The notes beneath the pieces were generated by a model that saw only the letters and a program-made list of their open reading frames with translations, was not told the origin of the DNA and did not search any database. Shown here one piece after another: positions 18,990-27,955 of a stretch of 64,000 nt of DNA. The position numbers were made by a program, and so were the translations under genes. How positions within the stretch are numbered: position 1 is the first letter of the stretch; each line of letters starts with the position of its first letter. Origin of the DNA: Bacteroidia bacterium (GTDB lineage Bacteria > Bacteroidota > Bacteroidia > M30B66); NCBI GenBank assembly GCA_965279035.1, contig OZ257142.1, positions 768,001 to 832,000 of the forward strand, given 5' to 3'.

Positions 18990-19640
18990 ATGAAAAAAGT
19001 CTGGAGTCCGCTCTATATTGGAATTATATCCTATTTCTGTTTAGTACTTCCTGCAGTTATTCTTTGGGGAATTAATTTTCGAAAAATGGGAAGAACCGAT
19101 CTCGTTAAGCCTAATTTTTTGATCGGTATTTTTTTATTTATTGCATTGATTTTGGGATGGATTTTTCTACCAAAATCATGGGATTGGGGCTTGGAAATAT
19201 TTCATGTATCCATCTCTATTGCTGGCGCCGCGATACAATATCCAATATACCGAAAGTTTTTAGAGGAAGATGAAGATAACAGAATTGTTGAAAGCCTTTT
19301 CCCTCAAGCGCTTTTATCCATTTTCTTTTTGATTTTATGCATCTCAACTTTTTTTGGATGGAATTGGTATTTGCAACATCAAACAGAAAAACAACTTTTA
19401 CAGTCTAAAGAATTGTATGATTTGGGCGATTATCCTGCATCCATCACGATTCTCAAAAAATTAATTGAAGAAGATCCCGGTCAGCGAACTGCCTATTTGA
19501 ATATGTCGATCGCATACGAAACCATGGGAAAACCCGACTCTGCCATCGTGATCATGGAGAATTGGTTAAATCAAATGCCAGAAGATGGGGAAGCGAAGGA
19601 GCGAATCTATCAACTTCGTTATATAAACAAAGGCAAGTGA
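18990..19640 (+). CDS. membrane protein (about 4 TM helices) with C-terminal TPR pair
   Basis: Four hydrophobic segments in the first ~125 aa, then a TPR pattern (LYDLGDY..S...L.K.IEEDP....AYLN...AY..MG). Confidence 0.75.
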   Translation: MKKVWSPLYIGIISYFCLVLPAVILWGINFRKMGRTDLVKPNFLIGIFLFIALILGWIFLPKSWDWGLEIFHVSISIAGAAIQYPIYRKFLEEDEDNRIVESLFPQALLSIFFLILCISTFFGWNWYLQHQTEKQLLQSKELYDLGDYPASITILKKLIEEDPGQRTAYLNMSIAYETMGKPDSAIVIMENWLNQMPEDGEAKERIYQLRYINKGK

Positions 19641-21118
19641 TGATTTTTGAGAAAATGACGACTGTTTTCCAAATCGGTATATAGTAAACGGTCTTCATCA
19701 ACAAAAGGAACAACCTTTCTGTATGCCAACAAAATATCTTCAATTAAAGGAGAAGACTTCAAAGGCCTGCGAAATTCAATTGCTTGAGCAGCATTTAGAA
19801 GTTCAATTGCCAGTATTTTCTCTAAGTTTTCCATCACACGCCAAGCTTTCGTAGCTGCATTAGCACCCATACTTACGTGATCTTCTTGTCCATTGGAAGA
19901 GTCAATGGTATCGATAGAAGCAGGCGTGCAAAGTTGTTTGTTTTGACTTACAATGGAAGCTTGAGTGTATTGAGGAATCATTAGACCGGAATTCAATCCG
20001 GGTTTTGCAATTAAGAATGGGGGAAGCCCACGTTTCCCGCCAATGAGTTGATAGGTTCTCCTTTCCGAAATACTTCCAATTTCATGCATAGCAATGCAGA
20101 GGTAATCAAGCGCCATCGCCAAGGGTTGACCATGGAAATTCCCACCAGAAATGATTAAATCTTCCTCTGGGAAAATGGTAGGATTATCTGTTACGGCATT
20201 TAATTCATTTGTGAAAATAGATTCACAATGCCTAAGCACATCGAATGAAGCCCCTAAAACTTGAGGAATACAACGAAAAGAATAAGGATCTTGAACATGT
20301 GCTTTATACTGTGCAGAAATCTCACTCTCTTTCAATATACGACATACAGTTGAAGCAATAATTTGTTGTCCATGATGATGACGGATTTCGTGAAGGCGAG
20401 GATGAAATGGATCAGGTCGTCCATCATAAGCATCAATTGAAATACAGGCAATAACAGTTGCCCAATTGAAAAGTCGCATAGCTTCTGCACTAATGCAAAC
20501 TCCATAAGCATTCATAAATTGAGTGCCGTTGAGCAAAGCAAGTCCTTCTTTTGATTGAAGTTTTATTGGTTCCCAACCAAAACGTTCGAGTACTACTGAA
20601 GCTTGTTGACGAATTCCATTTACCCACACTTCACCCATTCCTAATAAAGGAAGGCTCATGTGAGCTAAAGGAGCTAAATCGCCCGAAGCACCTAATGATC
20701 CTTGCTGAAATACAACGGGCAAAATATCTTCATTGTAAAAATCAATCAAACGCTGAACGGTTATCTCCTGAACTCCAGAAAAACCGTACGTTAATGATTG
20801 AATTTTAAGCAAAAGCATGGCTTTGACGATCTGTGCTGGAACAGGATCACCTTGCCCGCAAGCATGAGATTTCACCAGATTTTCCTGTAATTGTTCTAAT
20901 TGGTCATGGCTAATTTGAACATCGCATAAAGAACCAAAACCTGTATTAATACCATAAATTGGATCATTCGATTTTGTAAGTCGTTGATCGAGGTAATCTC
21001 TTCCTTTTTGAATACTCGCTTTTGCTTCGTTGGAGAGAAAGATATGTTCTCCTGATTTTAAAAGATGATGAATCCTTTCAAGGTAACAATGAGAAGGATC
21101 AATAGCCTGACCTGACAT
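19619..21118 (-). CDS. hutH: histidine ammonia-lyase
   Basis: YGINTGFG, GSLGASGDL (MIO-forming ASG), QDPYSFRC.PQ, GGNFHG, QEDHVSMG. Confidence 0.95.
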   Translation of the reverse strand: MSGQAIDPSHCYLERIHHLLKSGEHIFLSNEAKASIQKGRDYLDQRLTKSNDPIYGINTGFGSLCDVQISHDQLEQLQENLVKSHACGQGDPVPAQIVKAMLLLKIQSLTYGFSGVQEITVQRLIDFYNEDILPVVFQQGSLGASGDLAPLAHMSLPLLGMGEVWVNGIRQQASVVLERFGWEPIKLQSKEGLALLNGTQFMNAYGVCISAEAMRLFNWATVIACISIDAYDGRPDPFHPRLHEIRHHHGQQIIASTVCRILKESEISAQYKAHVQDPYSFRCIPQVLGASFDVLRHCESIFTNELNAVTDNPTIFPEEDLIISGGNFHGQPLAMALDYLCIAMHEIGSISERRTYQLIGGKRGLPPFLIAKPGLNSGLMIPQYTQASIVSQNKQLCTPASIDTIDSSNGQEDHVSMGANAATKAWRVMENLEKILAIELLNAAQAIEFRRPLKSSPLIEDILLAYRKVVPFVDEDRLLYTDLENSRHFLKNHHLPLFI

Positions 21119-21170
21119 GCGTTTGGTTGATTTTGGTTAATGCAAAATGAGAAAAAAAGGTTTCCGATTT

Positions 21171-22550
21171 CTAGTTATGAAATAGATCTTTGAATGAAGC
21201 GAGTTTATTTAGTGGAACAGAAATTTGCTTTCCACTTTGGAGTTCTTTGGTTAGAATACACTGATCAGCTCGTTCTCCTTCACCATAAATCATTAAGAAT
21301 GGAATTCCCTTTTTTTCGGCGTATTCAAATTGTTTTTTAAGTTTTGATATTTCAGGATAGATTTCCGCTTTGATGCCATTATTCCTGAGCAATTGAAGCA
21401 GTGGAAGTGCTGCTCGCTCATCTTCTTTTGTGAAATTGGCAATTAGTACTTCTGTTCCAACAACTGCCGATGAAGGAAAAAGATCTTGCATCAATAGAAC
21501 ATCATAAATTCGGTCAGCACCAAAAGAAATTCCCACACCCGGTACTCCAGGCAAGCCAAAAATCCCTGTTAAATCATCGTATCGTCCACCTCCGCCTATG
21601 CTTCCAAATTCAACTTCTTTAGCTTTTACTTCGATGATTGTTCCTGTATAGTAATTTAGTCCTCTAGCTAATGTTAAATCCAATTCTAGTGATGAAGTTT
21701 CAAGTTTAAAACCATTTTCTCCTTTAAAATAATCCAACAAAGTTTTTAGTTCTTCGATGCCCTGTTTTCCTATTTCTGATTGACTTAGAAAATCGTTCAA
21801 AAAGCCAATCTTTTCATTCAATCCTCCCGAAAAAGTAAACAGTGGTTTTAGCTTCGAAATCGCATTTTCTTCAAGTCCTTTTTCTCTTAATTCTTGTTCA
21901 ACTTTTTCAACGCCTATTTTATCGAGTTTATCTATGGCTACCGTAATGTCGATGAGCCTTTGCGGTTCTCCAATTACTTCTGCTATTCCAGATAAAATCT
22001 TTCGGTTATTTACTAAAATCCGAACAGGTAATTTAAAAGCAGTGAAAACGCGATCATAAATCTGAATTAATTCAGCTTCATTAATCAAAGACGCACTTCC
22101 TACAATATCTGCATCGCATTGCCAAAATTCACGATAACGTCCTTTTTGTGGACGATCGGCTCTCCAAACGGGTTGCATTTGATAGCGACGAAATGGGAAA
22201 GCAAGCCTGTCTTTATTCATTGCTACATATCGAGCAAAAGGAACCGTTAAATCGTATCGAAGTGCTTTTTCGCTTACTAAAGGCAAGACCGAATGAATTG
22301 ATTCTAAATTGATTTCTTGTTCTCGAACTTCTTTCAAGAAATCGCCCGAATTGAGAATCTTAAAAATCAAGCGATCTCCTTCTTCTCCATATTTCCCTGT
22401 GAGCGTGCTCAAATTTTCCATGGCAGGAGTTTCGAGCGACTGAAACCCGTATAATTCGAATGACTCACGAATGGTTTCGAAAATATAGCGTCGACGAGCT
22501 GTTTCAAGTGGTGAAAAATCGCGCGTTCCTTTAGGAAGTGAAGGTTTCAT
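21171..22550 (-). CDS. hisS: histidine--tRNA ligase
   Basis: PKGTRDF, LRYDLTVP, RADRPQKGRYREF.QCD, RGLNYYTG, GGGRYD. Confidence 0.97.
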   Translation of the reverse strand: MKPSLPKGTRDFSPLETARRRYIFETIRESFELYGFQSLETPAMENLSTLTGKYGEEGDRLIFKILNSGDFLKEVREQEINLESIHSVLPLVSEKALRYDLTVPFARYVAMNKDRLAFPFRRYQMQPVWRADRPQKGRYREFWQCDADIVGSASLINEAELIQIYDRVFTAFKLPVRILVNNRKILSGIAEVIGEPQRLIDITVAIDKLDKIGVEKVEQELREKGLEENAISKLKPLFTFSGGLNEKIGFLNDFLSQSEIGKQGIEELKTLLDYFKGENGFKLETSSLELDLTLARGLNYYTGTIIEVKAKEVEFGSIGGGGRYDDLTGIFGLPGVPGVGISFGADRIYDVLLMQDLFPSSAVVGTEVLIANFTKEDERAALPLLQLLRNNGIKAEIYPEISKLKKQFEYAEKKGIPFLMIYGEGERADQCILTKELQSGKQISVPLNKLASFKDLFHN

Positions 22551-22623
22551 AGCTAAGCAAAGGTAAAAAGGGATTTGTATTGACTAATATGATATAAGTC
22601 AAGCAATTCGATCAATTTGTAAA

Positions 22624-25449
22624 TCAATGAAATTTTTCTTTTAGGTATTTTCCTGTCCAGAGATCATCTCGTTCAGAAAGTTCTTTAGGAGTTCCTTCAA
22701 AAACTACTTGTCCACCATATTCTCCTCCATCAGGGCCCATATCTATTACATAATCGGCACACTTGATCACATCCAAATTGTGTTCAATAATAATTAGGGT
22801 GTGACCTTGAGCAATCAATGCATTGAAAGCATCCAATAATTTTCGAATATCATGAAAATGTAAGCCCGTTGTTGGTTCATCGAAAATAAAGAGCGTATGA
22901 ACTGCCGAACTTCCTTTCGTTAAAAACGATGCGAGTTTAATACGTTGCGCTTCACCACCCGAAAGCGTTGAAGATGCCTGTCCTAAATGGACATATCCCA
23001 AACCAACATCAGCTAATGGTTGAAGTTTCGCAACGATGCGTTGATCTGTTGCAAGCGTTTTTCCATTGTTGAAGAAGGTTATGGCTTCATAAACGGTCAT
23101 TTCAAGCACATTGTAGATGTTTTTTCCGTTGTATTCGATTTCGAGGATTTCGTCTTTAAAACGCTTTCCATTACACACATCGCATTGTAGTTTGATGTCG
23201 GCCATGAACTGCATCGATATCGTCACAAAACCTTCGCCTTCGCATTCTTCACAACGACCACCTTCTACATTAAACGAAAAAACAGATGGTTTGTAACCAC
23301 GAGTTTTTGATAATGGCTGAAGAGAATAAAGTGTTCGGATTTCATCGTAAGCCTTTACATACGTAACGGGATTACTTCTGCTCGATTTCCCAATAGGATT
23401 TTGATCGATGTATTCTACAGCTCCAATGGTTCTATAATCTCCTTCTAGTCGATCGAATTGACCGGTTTGTTCGGAATATCCTTCGAACATTTTTTTCAAA
23501 GCAGGATAGAGAATCTTATTTACTAAAGAACTTTTCCCTGAGCCTGAAACACCCGAAATTACCGTCATTACGCCTAAAGGAAACGTTGCATTCACGCTTT
23601 TCAAATTGTTATGACGTGCACCTTTAATCACGATCGATTGATTCCATTTCCGAGTTTTGGCAGGCAAGGAGATCTCTTTTCTGCCAGTGAGATAATCGGC
23701 AGTTAAGCTGTTACCAGCAGTGATGAGATCAGCATGAACTCCTTGAAATACAACCTCTCCACCATGAGTTCCTGCTTCGGGGCCCATGTCGATTAAGAGA
23801 TCTGCCGCTTTCATTATTTCTTCATCATGTTCAACTACAATGACGGTATTTCCTAGATCACGAAGTCGTTTGAGAATGACAATTAATCGATCTGTATCAC
23901 GCGAATGGAGGCCAATGCTTGGTTCGTCCAATACGTATAAAGAACCTTCCAGAGCAGAACCAATAGAAGTAGCTAAGTTTATGCGCTGACTTTCTCCACC
24001 CGAAAGCGAAGAAGATAAACGATTCAGAGTGAGATAACGAAGTCCAACATCACATAAAAAGCCCAGTCGACTTTGAATTTCTATCAGTACGCGTTTAGCA
24101 ACTTTCGCTTGGTATTCATCCAATTCAACTTGATCGAAGAATGATTTCAAACGATCAACCGGCATGAGCACTAATTCAATCACACTTTTTCCTCCAACTT
24201 GAACATAGCCAGCATCTTTTCTCAAGCGAGTTCCTTTGCAATCGGGGCAAGTCGTTTTTCCTCGATAACGGGAAAGCATCACACGATATTGGATTTTGTA
24301 GGCTTGCTCTTCTACATGTTTAAAGAACGCATTGATTCCTTCAGCGTAGGGTGTTCCATTCCAAAGTTGGTCCAGTTGATTTTCATCTAAATCGTAATAA
24401 GCACGATGAACAGGAAAATCGACCTTCATGGCATGTTTTACAAACAGATCGCGCCATTCGCTCATTTTTTCACCTTTCCAAGGAGCAACGCAGCCTTCAT
24501 AAACAGATAGGCTTTTATCAGGAACAACAAGTCCTTCGTCAATCCCAATCACAGTTCCAAATCCTTCGCAGGTTTTACAAGCTCCAAAGGGATTATTAAA
24601 ACTGAAAAGATGCACACTTGGTTCTTCGAATGTGATTCCATCCGCTTCGAACTTATTGTTCATCTTTTTAGTGAGAATCGTTCCGTCTTCTAGAGTAACT
24701 TCAATGATACATTCGTTGTTTCCTTCATAAAAGGTTGTTTGAACGGAATCCGAAATTCGGCTATTGTTGTCTTCGTCTTCAGCATTTACAACGAAGCGGT
24801 CGATGAGCAATTCAAGCGATTTGCCTTTTAGTGATTTAGCATCTTGTTCCCAATCTTCAATGCGTTTGAGTTCTTCTCCAATGCGCATTCTGGAAAAACC
24901 AAGTTGACGAAGCAATGATAGGTTAGCTGCTTTATTTTCAAAGCGATCATTGTGCAAGGGAGAATACAAAGAAACGCGAGCACCTTTGGGTTGAGTATTG
25001 ATAAAGTCAACTACATCAGCTGGTGTGGAACGAGAAACTACTTCACCCGAAACAGGAGAAATTGTTTTACCAATGCGGGCAAATAGCAATTTCATATAGT
25101 CGTAAATCTCGGTTGAGGTTCCAACTGTAGAACGCGGATTGGTCGAATTCACCTTTTGTTCGATGGCAACAGCAGGTGAAATGCCTTGAATAAAATCAAC
25201 ATCAGGCTTGTTAATTCGTCCTAAAAACTGACGTGCGTAAGAGCTAAGGCTTTCTACATAGCGTCTTTGCCCTTCGGCATAGAGCGTATCAAAAGCAAGC
25301 GAAGATTTTCCCGAGCCAGATAAACCCGTGATAACCACAAGTTTATTACGAGGAATGGCGATGTCCACATTTTTTAAATTGTGAACGCGAGCGCCTTTAA
25401 TGAAGATAGTAGTGCGAGGATCGTATAGATCAGTTGAGAGCTTGGGCAT
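22624..25449 (-). CDS. uvrA: excinuclease ABC subunit A
   Basis: Two Walker A motifs ([16 protein letters not shown]), two LSGGE, CxxC zinc fingers. Confidence 0.97.
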   Translation of the reverse strand: MPKLSTDLYDPRTTIFIKGARVHNLKNVDIAIPRNKLVVITGLSGSGKSSLAFDTLYAEGQRRYVESLSSYARQFLGRINKPDVDFIQGISPAVAIEQKVNSTNPRSTVGTSTEIYDYMKLLFARIGKTISPVSGEVVSRSTPADVVDFINTQPKGARVSLYSPLHNDRFENKAANLSLLRQLGFSRMRIGEELKRIEDWEQDAKSLKGKSLELLIDRFVVNAEDEDNNSRISDSVQTTFYEGNNECIIEVTLEDGTILTKKMNNKFEADGITFEEPSVHLFSFNNPFGACKTCEGFGTVIGIDEGLVVPDKSLSVYEGCVAPWKGEKMSEWRDLFVKHAMKVDFPVHRAYYDLDENQLDQLWNGTPYAEGINAFFKHVEEQAYKIQYRVMLSRYRGKTTCPDCKGTRLRKDAGYVQVGGKSVIELVLMPVDRLKSFFDQVELDEYQAKVAKRVLIEIQSRLGFLCDVGLRYLTLNRLSSSLSGGESQRINLATSIGSALEGSLYVLDEPSIGLHSRDTDRLIVILKRLRDLGNTVIVVEHDEEIMKAADLLIDMGPEAGTHGGEVVFQGVHADLITAGNSLTADYLTGRKEISLPAKTRKWNQSIVIKGARHNNLKSVNATFPLGVMTVISGVSGSGKSSLVNKILYPALKKMFEGYSEQTGQFDRLEGDYRTIGAVEYIDQNPIGKSSRSNPVTYVKAYDEIRTLYSLQPLSKTRGYKPSVFSFNVEGGRCEECEGEGFVTISMQFMADIKLQCDVCNGKRFKDEILEIEYNGKNIYNVLEMTVYEAITFFNNGKTLATDQRIVAKLQPLADVGLGYVHLGQASSTLSGGEAQRIKLASFLTKGSSAVHTLFIFDEPTTGLHFHDIRKLLDAFNALIAQGHTLIIIEHNLDVIKCADYVIDMGPDGGEYGGQVVFEGTPKELSERDDLWTGKYLKEKFH

Positions 25450-25637
25450 CTGTAAGATATTTGCAAAATTATGAATTCATATTTGCTTTTGTCAAAAACC
25501 TTTATTTACTTTGCTTATAACGATCGACAAACTATAGAAGTTTTGCCGATTTTTTTTAAGAACCAATTTTAAAAAACGCCTATAGCAGAAACCTCTACTT
25601 TTTAAAATAACTCACACAGTTTAAAAAGGAGGTCTGT

Positions 25638-26222
25638 ATGCGTTTAGCTCAGGTTCAGGATCAGGAACTGGTCCACAACTACATCAACGGTCACGAAGAA
25701 GCATTATCTGTTTTGGTTAGTCGCCATCAGCAGAAGGTCTTTACCTACATTCGCATGTTGGTGAAAGATTCGGCGCTGGCGGAGGACATTTTTCAGGATG
25801 TTTTCGTGAAAGTCATTCACACCCTAAAATCAGGGAATTACAACGAGGAAGGGAAATTCTTGCCTTGGATTATGCGTATAGCGCACAATCTGAGCATTGA
25901 CCACTTCCGTAAATCCAAACGCATTCCGGTAGTACAACCCAAAGATGATTTTGACATCTTTCGTACACTTCGGATTGAAGAAGAGAACGTAGAAGATAAA
26001 ATGGTACGTGATCAAATTCTGAAAGACGTTAAAAAGCTCATTAAAGAGTTGCCTGCAGAACAACAAGAAGTTTTGATTCTTCGTCATTATGCCGACATGA
26101 GTTTTCAGGAGATTGCCGATTTTACGAACGTCAGTATCAATACTGCATTGGGAAGAATGCGCTATGCACTGATCAACCTTCGTAAAATTGTGAAGCAAAA
26201 AGAGATGATTCTCTCCATGTAA
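25638..26222 (+). CDS. ECF RNA polymerase sigma factor
   Basis: Region 2 AEDIFQDVF..W..RIAHN..ID.FR; region 4 LP.EQ.EV..LR....SF.EIA..S.NT..GR..YA. Confidence 0.93.
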   Translation: MRLAQVQDQELVHNYINGHEEALSVLVSRHQQKVFTYIRMLVKDSALAEDIFQDVFVKVIHTLKSGNYNEEGKFLPWIMRIAHNLSIDHFRKSKRIPVVQPKDDFDIFRTLRIEEENVEDKMVRDQILKDVKKLIKELPAEQQEVLILRHYADMSFQEIADFTNVSINTALGRMRYALINLRKIVKQKEMILSM

Positions 26223-26242
26223 TTCAACGAACAATGAAAACG

Positions 26243-26280
26243 AAGCCAGTTCCATTCTTTGGAGCTGGCTTTTTTGTTTT
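26243..26280 (+). terminator. intrinsic terminator after the ECF sigma gene
   Basis: AAGCCAGTTCCA-ttctt-TGGAGCTGGCTT followed by a T run. Confidence 0.85.
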
Positions 26281-26320
26281 TCCCAATTGATTGAATTCTA
26301 TTATTTTGGCTTCAAGAATT

Positions 26321-27955
26321 ATGAAAAATCTTCTCCCCAAATCAGCTTTAAGTCGTGATCTCTTATTTTTAGGAATTCTATTATTGATTTCACTTTTCTA
26401 TGATTATCAGCATATTCTTTTTTACCGTCCACAAGGAATACATGCTTGGCGTCAAACAGATTGTCTTTCGCTAACCTATAGTTATTACAAAGAAAACGCT
26501 CCTTTTTTAGAGCCCCAACTTCATATCCAATTTAGTGATCATCAAACGAGTGGAAAAACATTGGGAGAATTTCCAATTCTCTATTATTTCATTGGAAATC
26601 TTTGGAAGATATTCGGGCATCAAGAATACATCTACCGCTTATTTGTTTTGTTGCTTAGTTACCTCGGATTATTCTGTTTATATCGAATTTCCTGGAAACT
26701 CACGAATAATTGGTTTTTAGCTGTATCAGCTCCAGTAATCCTTTTAAGCTCTCCCATATTTGCTTTTTATGCAGCAAATTTTTTAACCAATATTCCAGCT
26801 CTTAGTTTTCTGCTTATCGCTTGGTATTTTATGGTTCGCTATTTTGAAGCGAAGAAAATGCGACATTTTTATTGGGCTCTATTCTTTTTCTGTTTGACCG
26901 GATTACTGAAAGCTTCAACCTTGATGAGCTTTATGCTTCTTCCGCTTGCCTTAGTTCTTGAATTCACTGGGATTTATAAAATAAATAAAGACCAAAAACT
27001 TTTTGATAAACCGATCATTCAAGGAATTCTGATGCTTTTGATGTTTGGATTGGTGATGAGTTGGTACCAATATGCCGATTATTATATGTCGATACATGAA
27101 GGCCGATATACTTTCACAAAGCCAGTTACTTATTGGGGAGCACCCAAGGAATTAACCGATATCTATTTTTTGCATTTTAAAGAATCTTTATTGCCTCAAA
27201 TCCATCGTGTTGTTACGTTAAGCTTGATATTATTATCGGCTGTTTTTCTATTCATTCGATTCCGAAAAGTTGAAAAATATTGGTTAATCGGGATACCTAT
27301 TTTATTGATTGGATATGTGTTTTTTGTGCTTTTATTTATTTACAGTTTAGATGGACATGATTATTACCACATCGATTTTTTAGCGGTACTTATTTTTATC
27401 TATTTAGCATTTATACACTATTTAAGTAAGGAAGAAAAAGGATTACTGAGTTCTCCTATTTTCATGAGTTTATTTACTCTATTCCTTGTTTTTAATGTGA
27501 TGGGTTGTGCTAATAATTTACATGTTCGCTATCATAACTGTCCGGAAATTGACTTGCCTTACAGACAAAATTTTTGCAGTAAAAAAGAGGTAGATTTGTT
27601 AGGATATCCTCAATGGCAAAGTGATATTATGAAGACTTATGGCACGGTTGAGCCTTATTTACGTAAAGCTGGAATTACGAGAGAAGATCGATTTTTATCG
27701 ATGGACGATGGTTCATTTAATATTACGCTTTACTTGATGGATCAAAAAGGTTGGCCCAACATGGATGGCTCTTTAGGCGATAGCATTAAGGTGATGGACA
27801 AAATTCATTTGGGTGCAAAATTTATGATTATGCACAAACCGGAAACAATAGAACAAGCTTGGTTAAAGCCCTTTATGAGTCATCCCTTTTTGACTTATGA
27901 AAATCTTCAAATTTTTGATCTTCGTCCTTTGAATGTAGTAGAAAAGAAGAGTTAA
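26321..27955 (+). CDS. multi-TM GT-C fold glycosyltransferase (ArnT/PMT-like)
   Basis: HAWRQTD first-loop motif, EFPILYY, about 11-12 hydrophobic helices, soluble C-terminal domain. Confidence 0.75.
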   Translation: MKNLLPKSALSRDLLFLGILLLISLFYDYQHILFYRPQGIHAWRQTDCLSLTYSYYKENAPFLEPQLHIQFSDHQTSGKTLGEFPILYYFIGNLWKIFGHQEYIYRLFVLLLSYLGLFCLYRISWKLTNNWFLAVSAPVILLSSPIFAFYAANFLTNIPALSFLLIAWYFMVRYFEAKKMRHFYWALFFFCLTGLLKASTLMSFMLLPLALVLEFTGIYKINKDQKLFDKPIIQGILMLLMFGLVMSWYQYADYYMSIHEGRYTFTKPVTYWGAPKELTDIYFLHFKESLLPQIHRVVTLSLILLSAVFLFIRFRKVEKYWLIGIPILLIGYVFFVLLFIYSLDGHDYYHIDFLAVLIFIYLAFIHYLSKEEKGLLSSPIFMSLFTLFLVFNVMGCANNLHVRYHNCPEIDLPYRQNFCSKKEVDLLGYPQWQSDIMKTYGTVEPYLRKAGITREDRFLSMDDGSFNITLYLMDQKGWPNMDGSLGDSIKVMDKIHLGAKFMIMHKPETIEQAWLKPFMSHPFLTYENLQIFDLRPLNVVEKKS

